This document shows positions 26,101-34,557 of a stretch of DNA of 64,000 nt, in pieces. The translations under genes and the position numbers were made by a program. The number at the start of each line of letters is the position of its first letter. The first letter of the stretch is position 1. The DNA is from Chiloscyllium plagiosum (lineage: Eukaryota). The stretch spans positions 11,038,404-11,102,403 of the forward strand of contig NC_057734.1 in assembly GCF_004010195.1 (NCBI RefSeq). Reading direction: 5' to 3'. The notes beneath the pieces are model-generated. The model ran no database searches, was not told where the DNA came from, and saw only the letters and a program-made list of their open reading frames with translations.

Positions 26101-29100
26101 TTAAGCTAATTACTTGCTCAGTTCACTGAAGCTTGAAAGTTAATTGACTATTTGTCATCCCATACATTACTGGCATGATTATCATGGGCTTATGGTTATT
26201 ATATTAATGTAAAGATTGTGGGAATCAACTCTGGTTTAAAATAACCTGTTTTATATTCCTCCAGGGCAGACCTGTTACCCTAGACCTCTGCTTGCAACAC
26301 TTCATTTCTTCAGAGTATATCAAAGATGTGGTGTGTGAGAACTGTACCAAGGTGAGAGTCCTTCCATCATTCATTCCAATAAACATTGGTGACATTTCTT
26401 GCACAGAAGCAGAATCCTACACACCATGATCTTAAAATAAGAGCTGCTTCAAATATATGACAAGGAAGTGAGACCGAAGTGAACATAAGCCTCTAGAAGG
26501 ACACAGCTGGGAAAATAATAACGGGAAACTAGGAAATGGCAAAGGAGCTGAATAAATACTTTGCATCACTCTTCACTGAAGAAGACACTAATAGTATTCC
26601 AAAAATACTAAATCAAGGGGTAAAAGTAGGGAGGCAGTCAATATAATAACTATCACTAGAGGAAAAAGTACTCGAGAAACTAAGGGGTTAAAGACTGATA
26701 AGTCCCCTGTTCCTGGTGGGTTGCATACCTGGACTTTAAAGGAAGTCACTACAGAAATAGTGGATGTGCCAGTAGCAATCTTCCAAACATTCTTAAATTG
26801 TGGAAAAATCCCAGATGGTTGGAAAACTGCCAATGTTATTCAAAAAGGAAGCTGAAAACCAGGAAGTATAGGCCAGTTAGCTTACCATCTGTCATTGAGA
26901 AAAACATTAGGATCTATTATAAAGGATATAATAGTAGATTATTTAGAAGTACTTAGTATGATCAAGCAGAGTCGGCGTCCTGTGTGAAGGGCAAATGATG
27001 CCAACAAATTTATTGCAATTCGTTTAGAAGATAACAAGCAGGATAGGCAAGGGGGCATCTGTTAGGATTTGCAAAAGGCATTTCTTAAGGCACTGCCTGT
27101 ATCTTAATAAGATAAAAGCATTTTGTGTTGGGGCTAGTATATTATGATGGGTAGAGGATTGGCTAACTAAAAGAAGACAGTGAGTTCAGACAAAGGGGGC
27201 ATATCCTGTAACTAGTGGAGTGCACAGCGATTGGTGCTGAGACTACCATTATTTGCAATATATGTATTTCTGCCATTGATGATGCAAGTGAATGTACTAT
27301 AGTCGAGTTTGCAGATAACACAAAAATAATTGCATAGTCAAGTGGTGAAGATGGTACAAAGAATCTACAGAAGGAGACAGATTCAGTGATTGGGCAAAGA
27401 TTTGGTGGATGTCATATAACAGCAGAAGGGTTGAGTTGGTAAAGTTTCTGAAGTGGTTAGAAACTTGCAGGTCATTAGAACTAAGAAAGTTTAGGTGTTT
27501 AGATTTACATAAGTTCATATGGGTAGATTTGGAAACGATTCAACAAATTGTCTCCACAGTTCACGGCAAAGAAACTGTCAGGAGTCACTTAAATAGAAAC
27601 ATAACTAGTAAAGGCTTAGAAGAAGAGTTGATGTATGGTTGTAATTTCTCTGGACTTGAGTCTCTGTATTGGATAGTGTCTGAAATGGGTTACAAAGTAT
27701 TTTGCTGTATGTTTTAGATCTAACTAACTGTCTTTGATATTTGGATAGCTCTGCTGTTATCTTTTTGTGTAATGTAATTCTGTTCGGTTATTAAAGTAAA
27801 CTGCAGCCTGGTGACTGTTTCAGTAACTAACTACCACATTAACTAACTAAACAAAAAATGACATAGGATCTGTCGAGTCAGATTCACTTCTGGAATCTGA
27901 CATTTTCAGTATTACCATTGCCTCGGATCATCGTAATTGTGAACTTTGAATAACCTGGGATGTACGAGGAGAACCAAACACTGGCTGGAGATGGAGAAGT
28001 AAGAATGCAAGAAGTTGGCCACAGCAACTGGCTTCAATGTGCATGTTTGGACAGAGTTGCCATCAGCTAGCTTTTTAATTTTTTTTGTACTCTCTGATGA
28101 CGATCTCCACTCTTTCTATAAATCCAGGCAGGAGAAACACTGAATGGGCAAACTGTAGAAAATCAAAGGACAACGTTCATCAAGCAGCTGAAAATTGGAA
28201 AGGTGAGCTTTACAATAACGGCAGGATCTGCTTCGTGGCGAGTGGAGGAGGAGTAGGGCAGCTGATGGTTATGCCACCGTCAGTCTTTAAAGGGTTACTT
28301 TATAGGAATTCAAAAAAGAGGAGACATTGTGACACCAGAAACACCAAGCAGATCAGGCAGTAACTGTCCCTGGATGACGATGATGATAGGGTCAATGTTT
28401 CAGGTCTCTAATGCTTCATCAAATGTGGTTCTGATGAGGAATTATGATTTGAAATGACGATTTTACCATCCCTCTGTAACGGATCCTGCAGAATATTTCT
28501 GGTATTTTCTGGTTCTAAACGGCACAACCAAGATCTCAAGCTAAATAGTGACATCTCAGCATCAGAATTATCGTATTAATACCTCTTCTGTTTGATAGAT
28601 GGGTTCACAACCATCTTTCATCCCCTTCTCTTCAGTTTGGTTCTGGCACCTGAAGGATTTACTTTTCCTCAGGTTTGCTTTGCAGGATCGACCCATCATC
28701 CTATTCCCTTCAAGGAGTCATTCTGTAGCCACGAGTTTATATAGTGAGTGTTTGCAGCTTTATGCAGCATTGTGGAGTGAAAATTACTGGTTCACCCTCA
28801 GTATTCGCACACACGTTGGGAATCAGTGCCATGACAGATTTCTTGATGCAGCCACATGATATGTCCCTGTTACAGGATGAGAGAGTCCTTTGAGGAGACC
28901 CACTTAGATTTGGAGCCGTAGAAGTAAGAAGGATCAGTGACTCAATACTGAATAATGTGTGAAAACAACAGTATTACTAAAAAATTATTAACAATAAGAA
29001 CTAGGTCTCTGATGAAAGTTTCAAAGGAAGTGGATGATCTGCTTAGTCTCTGTAGCCACAGCAGCGGATGCTAGGTATTATTTCTCCTTTAAGTCCAAAT

Positions 29101-32100
29101 TCTGAATCCATTTCAGCCTTTTGAGTCTCCTGTCCAAACATCCTCCAAACAAAAATAAAAGAACTGTGGATGCTAGAAATCTGAAACATAAGCTGAAAAA
29201 ATTGCTGGAAAAACTCAGCAGGTCTGGGAGCATCTGTGGAGAAAGAAGCAGAGTTCCCATTGTGGGTCCAGTGACCAATTCTGCAGAAGGGTCACTGAAC
29301 ACAAAATATTAACACAGTTTTTCTCTGTCATCAGATTCTGCCAAACTGACTGAGTTTCTCCAGCAGTTTCTGTTTTACTCAAAACAAGAAACTGACAACC
29401 ACGAGTTATAATCAAATTTGTTTTACAGGCACTGCAAGGCATGCAGACCCCACAGAACTCGGGCAGATTATGCATCTGTTTGATCTTGTTTCCCATCTGC
29501 CATCAGCCAATTTGTGCTATCAATCAATGAAACTCCATCAAGAATATCCATTGTCCTGACTGTAGTTCAAAGGTTATTAATTGGAAAACCAAATCTAGCA
29601 AGAAGGGGGGAGAAACAATAGTTCAGAGAAAACAACAGCTGTAAAGTCCTTGAGGGAAAGGAACAGACATACAGTTTAAAAAATAATACAATTGTTTATT
29701 GATTTGAATAGACCAAAGTCTATGAATATGAAGTAACTTTTTAAAAAATTCAGAACAGAACTGCCTTTCCTGCACAGTATGGCTTTTAATTCTGAACTAG
29801 TTTCCTTTTCAAAGAAAGAATGAACCAATCTCATCCAGGGTGACCAAAGAAAGAGTAAATTGACCTTCGCCGCACTTGAGTTAATGAAATGCCAAGAGAA
29901 GCTACATCCCCTTTGATTGCTGTGCAGTAGCTGATTGCTTCACATGTGACACTAGGAGAAAGTGAGGGCTGGAGATCAGAGTCGAGAGTGTGTTGCTGGA
30001 AAGGCACAGCAGGTCAGGCAGCATCTGAGGAGCAGGAGAGTCGACGTTTCAGGCATAAACTTGGATTCCTGATGGAGGGCTTATGCCTGAAACGTCAATT
30101 CATCTGCTCCTCAGATGCTGCCTGACCTGCTGTGCTTTTCTAGCAACACACTCTTGACTGCTTTACATGAGCATGGGGTTTGGGCCCCAATTTTATTCCT
30201 CCTTCTGGGCTCTGCACCCCACCTGTGCTGATGCTTGTGTGTCTCTAATTTTTACCACTTCGTTGTTAGCAGCCATGCATTTAGCTGCCTGGGAATACCT
30301 TCCTTCAAGCTTTCCATCTCTCTCCAAACCTTTCTCACCTCCTTTACAATGCTCCTGAAATCTTTAACTCTACCTTTGGTCACCTGTTTTAATATCATGT
30401 TGTTTGATTTGTTGTTGAATTTTATTTGATAATCATTCTTGTAGAGCACCTTGAGACAGTTTACCACATTAAAGGTGCAATATAATACAAACTGGAGTAG
30501 GCATTATTTGTTAGTTTGAAAGGGAAACTGATATTTGAGAAACAGGATCCTAGATAGGGGTCGGTGCTATTTAGTGAGAAAGCATGATAAAGATTAAACT
30601 GGGGACAATGAAGACCCACGATGAGCCTTCCCCCTGATATTTTCTTCTCTGTCTTTTGTCCTAAGCTCCCTCAGTGCCTGTGTATCCATCTGCAAAGGCT
30701 CTCGTGGTCCAACCATGGGACACCTCTGAAACGCAATGAGCACGTGCAGTTCAGTGAGCTCCTCTCACTCGATACCTACAAGTACCGCAGCCCATCTCAG
30801 AGGCTGGGCCAACGCAGAATGAGCAGACCAGCCAGCACAGGGAGTTTACCACGCATGCTAGAGGGCACCAAGCCAGGTACTCACCATATTAACAGGAAAC
30901 GCAGTGGGCAGCATTTAAAAACAATGCCAGGAGGCACTACCTCACGTTCTTTTGTTTTAATTAAGGTTTTTCATACATCCTCCAAAAGAATCAACTTCAA
31001 TTTATCATTCTGTGTCACTACTCCAGCCGACCAAGAGACACATTTTGTTCCTTCAATTCTCTCATCTCCAGCTGCTCCCAACTGGGTCATTATTACACAG
31101 AGCAGGCCCGCTCAACTGACCTTTCTTCAGATTCTAGCTGTCTATTCAGTCACTGCTCATCTCACCTCCATCTCGCTTCCTCTGAACAAACTCATTCCAA
31201 CTGTTGAGCCACATTAGAGCAAGGACTGATCACTGCAACCATCTCCATGGGATGTAGAATGTAATAGTGTGACTCGTCCACCATCTTCTGGTTAACTTGT
31301 GACTAGCCCTTACATCTGGTGCAGTGAGGTTGTTACTGTATGCTCCCCCTCCCCACTCCTCTCTCATTGCTCTTCACCACCTCCAGTTTCTCAGCCAATA
31401 ACCACTGAACTCAGCATGGAGGGAATCCTGTGGTGAGTAACTCACCTGACTCCCTAGAGTCTATCCGCCTCTGAAAAAGTCCAAGAGTGTGATTTAAATG
31501 CTTCACTTGCCAGGGTGAGTGCAGGTCTAATAATACTGAAGACGTTCAGCATCATTCAGGACAAAAAACTCACATGATTGGCACCACATCCATCACCTTC
31601 AACATTCACATGCATTGGCAGCAGTATATAGCAATTCTCTAAGAACATATTAGCAACACCTTCCAAACCTATGACCTTTATCACCCAGAAGGACAAGGGT
31701 ATCAAATGCATTGGAACACCACCACTTACAGGTTCCCCTCCAATCAACACACCATCCTGACTTGAAACTATACCACCGTTACTTCACTGTGGCTGGGTTA
31801 ACTTGCCTGCCTGACGTCACTGTGGCTGTACCTTGATCTCATGGACTGGTGCAGTTGAAGAAGGTGGCTCGCATCCATCTTCACCAGGGCAGTTAGGGCT
31901 GGCCGAGCCAGAAATGCCCACGTCTGATGAGAAAGATGAAGATTAAAGCTAAACATTCAGTAACAGATTTGGTTTCTAACTTTGAAGAAAACAACTTTGC
32001 TGCAAATATCCATTTCATTCTGTAGAAGCTGGCCACTTGACACAACTAGTGTTTCTTTTTCACTGAACAATCCACCTATTTTCTGATCTAAATCTATCAT

Positions 32101-34557
32101 TCTAAGAATCACTTTCACTTGTTTGTCCAGTTTCTCCTTAAATGTAATGGTGCTATTTTATTCACCCACTCCTATGAGAGGGCTTACAATGTTCTTGCCA
32201 CTCTTTGGGAAAAGAGAATTTATTCAGCATCAGGTTCCAAGTGCCAAGACATTTAATCATTTTATTAATGTGGTTAGAAAACCAATTTCAAAGAGGGCAC
32301 ATCTTATTTGAGTGTATATAACTTCAGGAAGATGATAATTTTGCTGTGAGGTTGGTGTTTAATATCTCTTCAAACCTTACCAAGGTGGCATGGAGGTGCT
32401 GTGTGCTTTTTACACTCAGTAAGGTGAACACTGCCAAACACTCAGTAAGATGACACGTAGTGTTAGAACATTGCCAACCTGCCATTAACTGGAGTGCAGA
32501 GATGTGAATTCCTAACTCCACCTACCTTCTGAGTTACTGGCGTGTGCTGCCATTGATGGCAGGCCAGATGTTTCTCTGCAGGGAGACAGGAACGAGGAAT
32601 AATTGAAGGAACATCCCGAAGCAATTAAGGTATAGCTCCTCTGTCAACCATCTCCCAAATCAGACATGTCCTTCAAACAGGATGACAGTGTAATCCTTAC
32701 GAATAAGGGAATTAAACCAATCCGTACAGAATGGCTATAAGTGTTTATTTCAATCATTGATGGATCCATCTGGCATTTTCTTGATTTCAGAATCATGATT
32801 TGGTTTTGTGTATAGAATGACTGCAGCTTGCTTTGAATATGACTGTTAATGACAGTCGATCTTTTACAAGTGCTGTTGACCCTACTTTTAAACATTTCAT
32901 TGCTTCCCAGCAGCTATCAGTGAATTAGTTCAAAAATGATACTTTAAATTCTTTTATTTCTCCGTTTCTCCTCTTTTAGGATCCACACAGCCCAGCCTTA
33001 GTAAAATGCAAGTTGCAAATGGAGCATGCTCATCATCTCTGCTGTCAACTTCCTTTGCAACCTCTCCGTCTCCTGTTACACAAAGTTACGCGTGAGTCTT
33101 TCTAGTTTGTTTTTTCTTCTCCCAAAACTTAAAATTTAAGTTTGCTCTCAACAGAACTATGTGACCATCAATATGCACTCCAGAGTCATTTGATCCTTCA
33201 GACGGGTTTCAGGGATGAGTATGGTATTAAAGGTAGACAACCCTTTATCTGAAATCTGAAAAGTTCCGAAATCTGAAGGTTTTTAGTAGTTTTTTTTCTA
33301 ATTAACAAGTTTGTTTGGCATGCAGACAGTTAACCCAACTCCACACCCACTTGATGCATGTCACTCAGATGTGACGTGAGGGGGCGTGGCCCAGCACTGG
33401 CAGGCCTCAATTCTGTTTCAGGGCCCATTTTACTCAGTCTGCTGTCAGGTAAGATTTTTAAAACTTCCACCATCAAACTGTCACTTATTCTGAAAGTCTA
33501 AAAATTCTGAATTCTGAAAACCAGCTGGTCCCGAGCATTTCGGATAAAGGATAGTGCATCTGTACTCGTACTGGATTTCTGTGATTAAAGATCCTCTGGG
33601 TTAAATAATGGTGTTCTTTTAATGGAAAAAGATAACGACCGAGAATTATCTTCTGGAAGAGGAAAATGTTGCAGGCCAATGGGAGAGAGAAGAATTGGAT
33701 CAGGCAGGATGGGCTGCTTGGCCTGTACTGAATCATTCAGTATGTACAATATATACAGTAGAATACCACTTGTTAGTGCACATGCTTCCTATGAAGTGGC
33801 TAGTGAGTACAATTGGTTGATGGCTACAATGCACTGCAGAATGATGAGATCAGAGCACAGGTCCTGTCCCTGTAGGTAGGTCCTGGAGGCCTGACTCCTG
33901 ACATTACCCCACCCTTACCGATTGGAGTTCCTCAAACTATTTATAACCAATTGTCTCTCGCTATCTTGTGGTTCTTTGTGGACAATGGCTAATTAGCTTA
34001 TCTTACAGTGCCTTGTTGCATCCTTCCTGTGGTGCAACTTTTACAATCGACCCAATGTTTCTATTTACTGAACAAATGGTCTCAACTCTGCCAAGAAGGG
34101 ATGGGCAACAGAGTGATAATTCCAAACTGCTATTGAGACACTCTTCCCCTGACATTATTGAGACTGGAGTTTTCACTGAAATCTTGGAGAAGGTCACCCA
34201 CTGAGTAAATGTCCATTAGAGTCGGGGAGGAGGGAGGCAAAAGAGAACCTTTCTTTCCAGTGTGAGCCTAATGTTCTGCTTCATTCCCACAGCTCATCGA
34301 TGTATTTGTTCCGACTGATGTCTGTGGTTGTCCACCACGGCGATATCCACTCGGGCCACTTTGTCACCTACCGCCGCTCGCCATCGGCATCGAAGAACCC
34401 AGCGGCCGTCAGCAACCATTGGCTGTGGATATCAGATGACACGGTGCGCAGAGCCAGCCTGCAGGAAGTCCTTGCCTCCAATGCCTACCTGCTCTTCTAC
34501 GAGCGAGTTCGGCCGCTGGTGAGGCGAACGAGCCGTGAGCTCGGGCCAGAGGAGTGA
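2041..34557 (+). CDS. USP30: Ubiquitin carboxyl-terminal hydrolase 30 (mitochondrial/peroxisomal DUB), spliced CDS join(2041-2143,11449-11631,17031-17134,18419-18517,20411-20456,22009-22103,23895-23954,26265-26351,28128-28202,30666-30876,32980-33091,34293-34557); 479 aa from the first visible Met
   Basis: All introns are GT-AG with compatible phases, and the joined length of 1440 nt is in frame. N-terminal TM segment MKNWGVIGGIAAALAASIYVLWGPITERKKRRKG, Cys box GLLNLGNTCFMNS, QDAHELF, His box HHGDIHSGHFVTY, WISDD. A further upstream coding exon probably exists but was not found. Confidence 0.95.
2232..2600 (-). mobile_element. Penelope-like element fragment (GIY-YIG endonuclease) with inverted pseudo-LTR remnant
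   Basis: NVIYKIPCKDCNKYYIGQTGRKLATRIHE on the minus strand; decayed hammerhead-like segment on + at about 2531-2560. Confidence 0.8.
3818..4385 (-). mobile_element. CR1/HER1 LINE 3' fragment nested in older CR1 sequence
   Basis: VRPLLEYCVQFWSP...LERVQKRFTRM...LGLFSLE..LRGDLI plus the typical 3' tail. Confidence 0.85.
5745..6335. mobile_element. Penelope pseudo-LTR inverted-repeat element with two antiparallel hammerhead motifs (centre in N gap)
   Basis: Arms are reverse complements; 15-bp TSD CATGACTATCTGTTG at 5730-5744 and 6336-6350; HHR motifs at 5839-5874 (-) and 6252-6287 (+). Confidence 0.85.
6524..6775. mobile_element. Fold-back Penelope pseudo-LTR mini-element, decayed hammerheads
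   Basis: Inverted arms centred at about 6630; flanking TCATGGTCC repeat at 6515-6523 and 6776-6784. Confidence 0.8.
7268..7604 (-). mobile_element. CR1/HER1 LINE 3' end
   Basis: [28 protein letters not shown]...FKKHLD plus tail. Confidence 0.85.
7605..8760 (+). mobile_element. CR1/HER1 LINE RT and 3' end
   Basis: DWRPVTSSVPQGS, SKFADDTK-like RT motif, ends in TGACTCTATGATTCTA tail. Confidence 0.87.
8925..9600 (+). mobile_element. Rex1/Babar-type LINE remnant
   Basis: Decayed RT [34 protein letters not shown], and a 3' tail ending AATAATAAATCAA. Confidence 0.7.
11449..11631 (+). CDS. USP30: USP30 exon (Cys box)
   Basis: ttttccag|GC; LVPGLLNLGNTCFMNSLVQGLAAC...LLRLLR; G|gtgag; 183 nt. Confidence 0.96.
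12857..15060 (-). mobile_element. CR1/HER1 LINE with AP-endonuclease C-terminus, linker and 3' tail (middle in N gap)
   Basis: 295-aa ORF DFNFPNIDW...LDLLLGN...IKENPKAFYKYIK; DKSPGPDQVYPRTL; tail at 12857. Confidence 0.9.
16175..16485. repeat. CpG-rich minisatellite, 20-bp unit (R)CGCTGATCGGTG(A/T)GCGTGG, about 15 copies
   Basis: Visible 20-nt periodicity with degenerate edges. Confidence 0.95.
17031..17134 (+). CDS. USP30: USP30 exon
   Basis: ctactag|TG; VLSNGEETAEDVVDAGSLLEVLRMYKWQMSSFEEQ; CAG|gtaaa. Confidence 0.94.
17274..18005 (+). mobile_element. 5'-truncated Penelope-like retroelement: linker, GIY-YIG endonuclease, partial pseudo-LTR with hammerhead
   Basis: 214-aa ORF with IIYCIRC...[17 protein letters not shown]...PVAQHFN...LGTLQPQGMN; 13-bp TSD AGCTGTAGAGACT at 17261-17273 and 18006-18018. 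Confidence 0.92.
17915..17950 (+). ncRNA. Minimal type I hammerhead ribozyme motif (Penelope-associated)
   Basis: ATTC-CTGAAGA-A-GGGC(ATGT)GCCC-GAAAC-GTC-GAAT: helix I ATTC/GAAT, CUGANGA core, helix II, GAAA, palindromic ACGT, GUC cleavage triplet. Confidence 0.82.
18419..18517 (+). CDS. USP30: USP30 exon
   Basis: tttacag|GAT; DAHELFHVLTAALEDERDHQPRVAHLFDVQSLE; GAG|gtaaa. Confidence 0.95.
19315..19415 (-). mobile_element. Penelope pseudo-LTR fragment (second subfamily) with mutated hammerhead
   Basis: Minus strand GTT-CTAAGGA-A-GGGTC(ACTA)GACCC-GAAAC-ATT-AAC; related fragment at 18820-18920. Confidence 0.65.
20411..20456 (+). CDS. USP30: USP30 short exon
   Basis: ttttgtag|ACT; TPPESEEKQLSCRSR G|gtaag; 46 nt, phase fits both neighbours. 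Confidence 0.88.
21248..21461. mobile_element. Fold-back Penelope pseudo-LTR mini-element
   Basis: Near-perfect palindrome centred at about 21335; 15-bp TSD TATGGTATAAGTATT at 21233-21247 and 21462-21476. Confidence 0.88.
22009..22103 (+). CDS. USP30: USP30 exon
   Basis: tttcag|GG; PLLPPPSPWRSQHPFHGRLTSNMVCKRCEQQ; CAG|gtgag. Confidence 0.95.
22597..22782. repeat. Imperfect (CA)/(TA) microsatellite
   Basis: Alternating purine-pyrimidine tract. Confidence 0.9.
23895..23954 (+). CDS. USP30: USP30 exon
   Basis: tatcag|AGT; SPVRYDTFDSLSLSIPTVTW; TGG|gtatg. Confidence 0.94.
24043..24211. mobile_element. Pseudo-LTR mini-element with partial inverted arm
   Basis: 14-bp TSD GATATAGAACTGTA at 24029-24042 and 24212-24225; CCAAAAGAGAAAATGCTGGAAAATCTCAGC inverted at the right end. 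Confidence 0.8.
24226..24570 (+). mobile_element. Old DeuSINE (SacSINE1/AmnSINE-like) remnant
   Basis: Recalled similarity to the Deu domain and tail (TGTGGGGATTTGCTG...GTAAAGTGCTTTGAGA); related copies at about 42215-42490 (-) and 54155-54530 (-). Confidence 0.5.
25470..25658 (+). mobile_element. Solo pseudo-LTR of a different Penelope family, nested in a SINE
   Basis: 11-bp TSD ATTATCCCTCA at 25459-25469 and 25659-25669; contains a hammerhead; the host SINE continues on both sides. Confidence 0.75.
25544..25583 (+). ncRNA. Minimal hammerhead ribozyme motif, canonical CUGAUGA core
   Basis: GCA-CTGATGA-T-GTC(GCCTAGCCAGGG)GAC-GAAAC-GTT-TGC. Confidence 0.78.
26265..26351 (+). CDS. USP30: USP30 exon
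   Basis: ctccag|GGC; GRPVTLDLCLQHFISSEYIKDVVCENCTK; AAG|gtgag. Confidence 0.95.
26486..27425 (+). mobile_element. Old CR1 LINE RT fragment
   Basis: Decayed LNKYFASLFT, DKSPVPGGLH, WKTANV and FADNTK-like motifs. Confidence 0.75.
28128..28202 (+). CDS. USP30: USP30 exon (start 28128 at the available AG; homologous start would be 28122)
   Basis: (IQ)AGETLNGQTVENQRTTFIKQLKIGK; AAG|gtgag donor; see finding on the acceptor. Confidence 0.88.
29955..30158. mobile_element. Fold-back Penelope pseudo-LTR mini-element
   Basis: Inverted arms around 30060; degenerate flanking repeat TGCTT(C/T)ACATG. Confidence 0.8.
30666..30876 (+). CDS. USP30: USP30 exon
   Basis: cctaag|CTC; LPQCLCIHLQRLSWSNHGTPLKRNEHVQFSE...; CCAG|gtact. 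Confidence 0.92.
32980..33091 (+). CDS. USP30: USP30 exon
   Basis: long pyrimidine tract ttttag|GA; STQPSLSKMQVANGACSSSLLS...QSY; GC|gtgagt; phases 1/2 match neighbours; NGACS motif recalled from the human protein. Confidence 0.88.
33230..33562. mobile_element. Tigger/pogo-type MITE resembling MER46/Tigger4
   Basis: Imperfect TIRs AGGTAGACAACCCTTTATCTGAAAT / ATTTCGGATAAAGGATAGTGCATCT, TA on both sides, subterminal (C/T)GAAAT repeats. Confidence 0.7.
34293..34557 (+). CDS. USP30: USP30 last coding exon (His box)
   Basis: cccacag|C; SSMYLFRLMSVVVHHGDIHSGHFVTYRR...WLWISDDTVR...AYLLFYER; TGA at 34555-34557. Confidence 0.96.

Noticed and set aside
30877-31217. ORF continuing past the USP30 exon
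   Set aside because: Similarity ends at the donor at 30876; read-through would lose the His box
34434-34440. Ser in place of the usual Asn/Asp third catalytic residue (WISDD)
   Set aside because: Known normal feature of USP30, not a novelty
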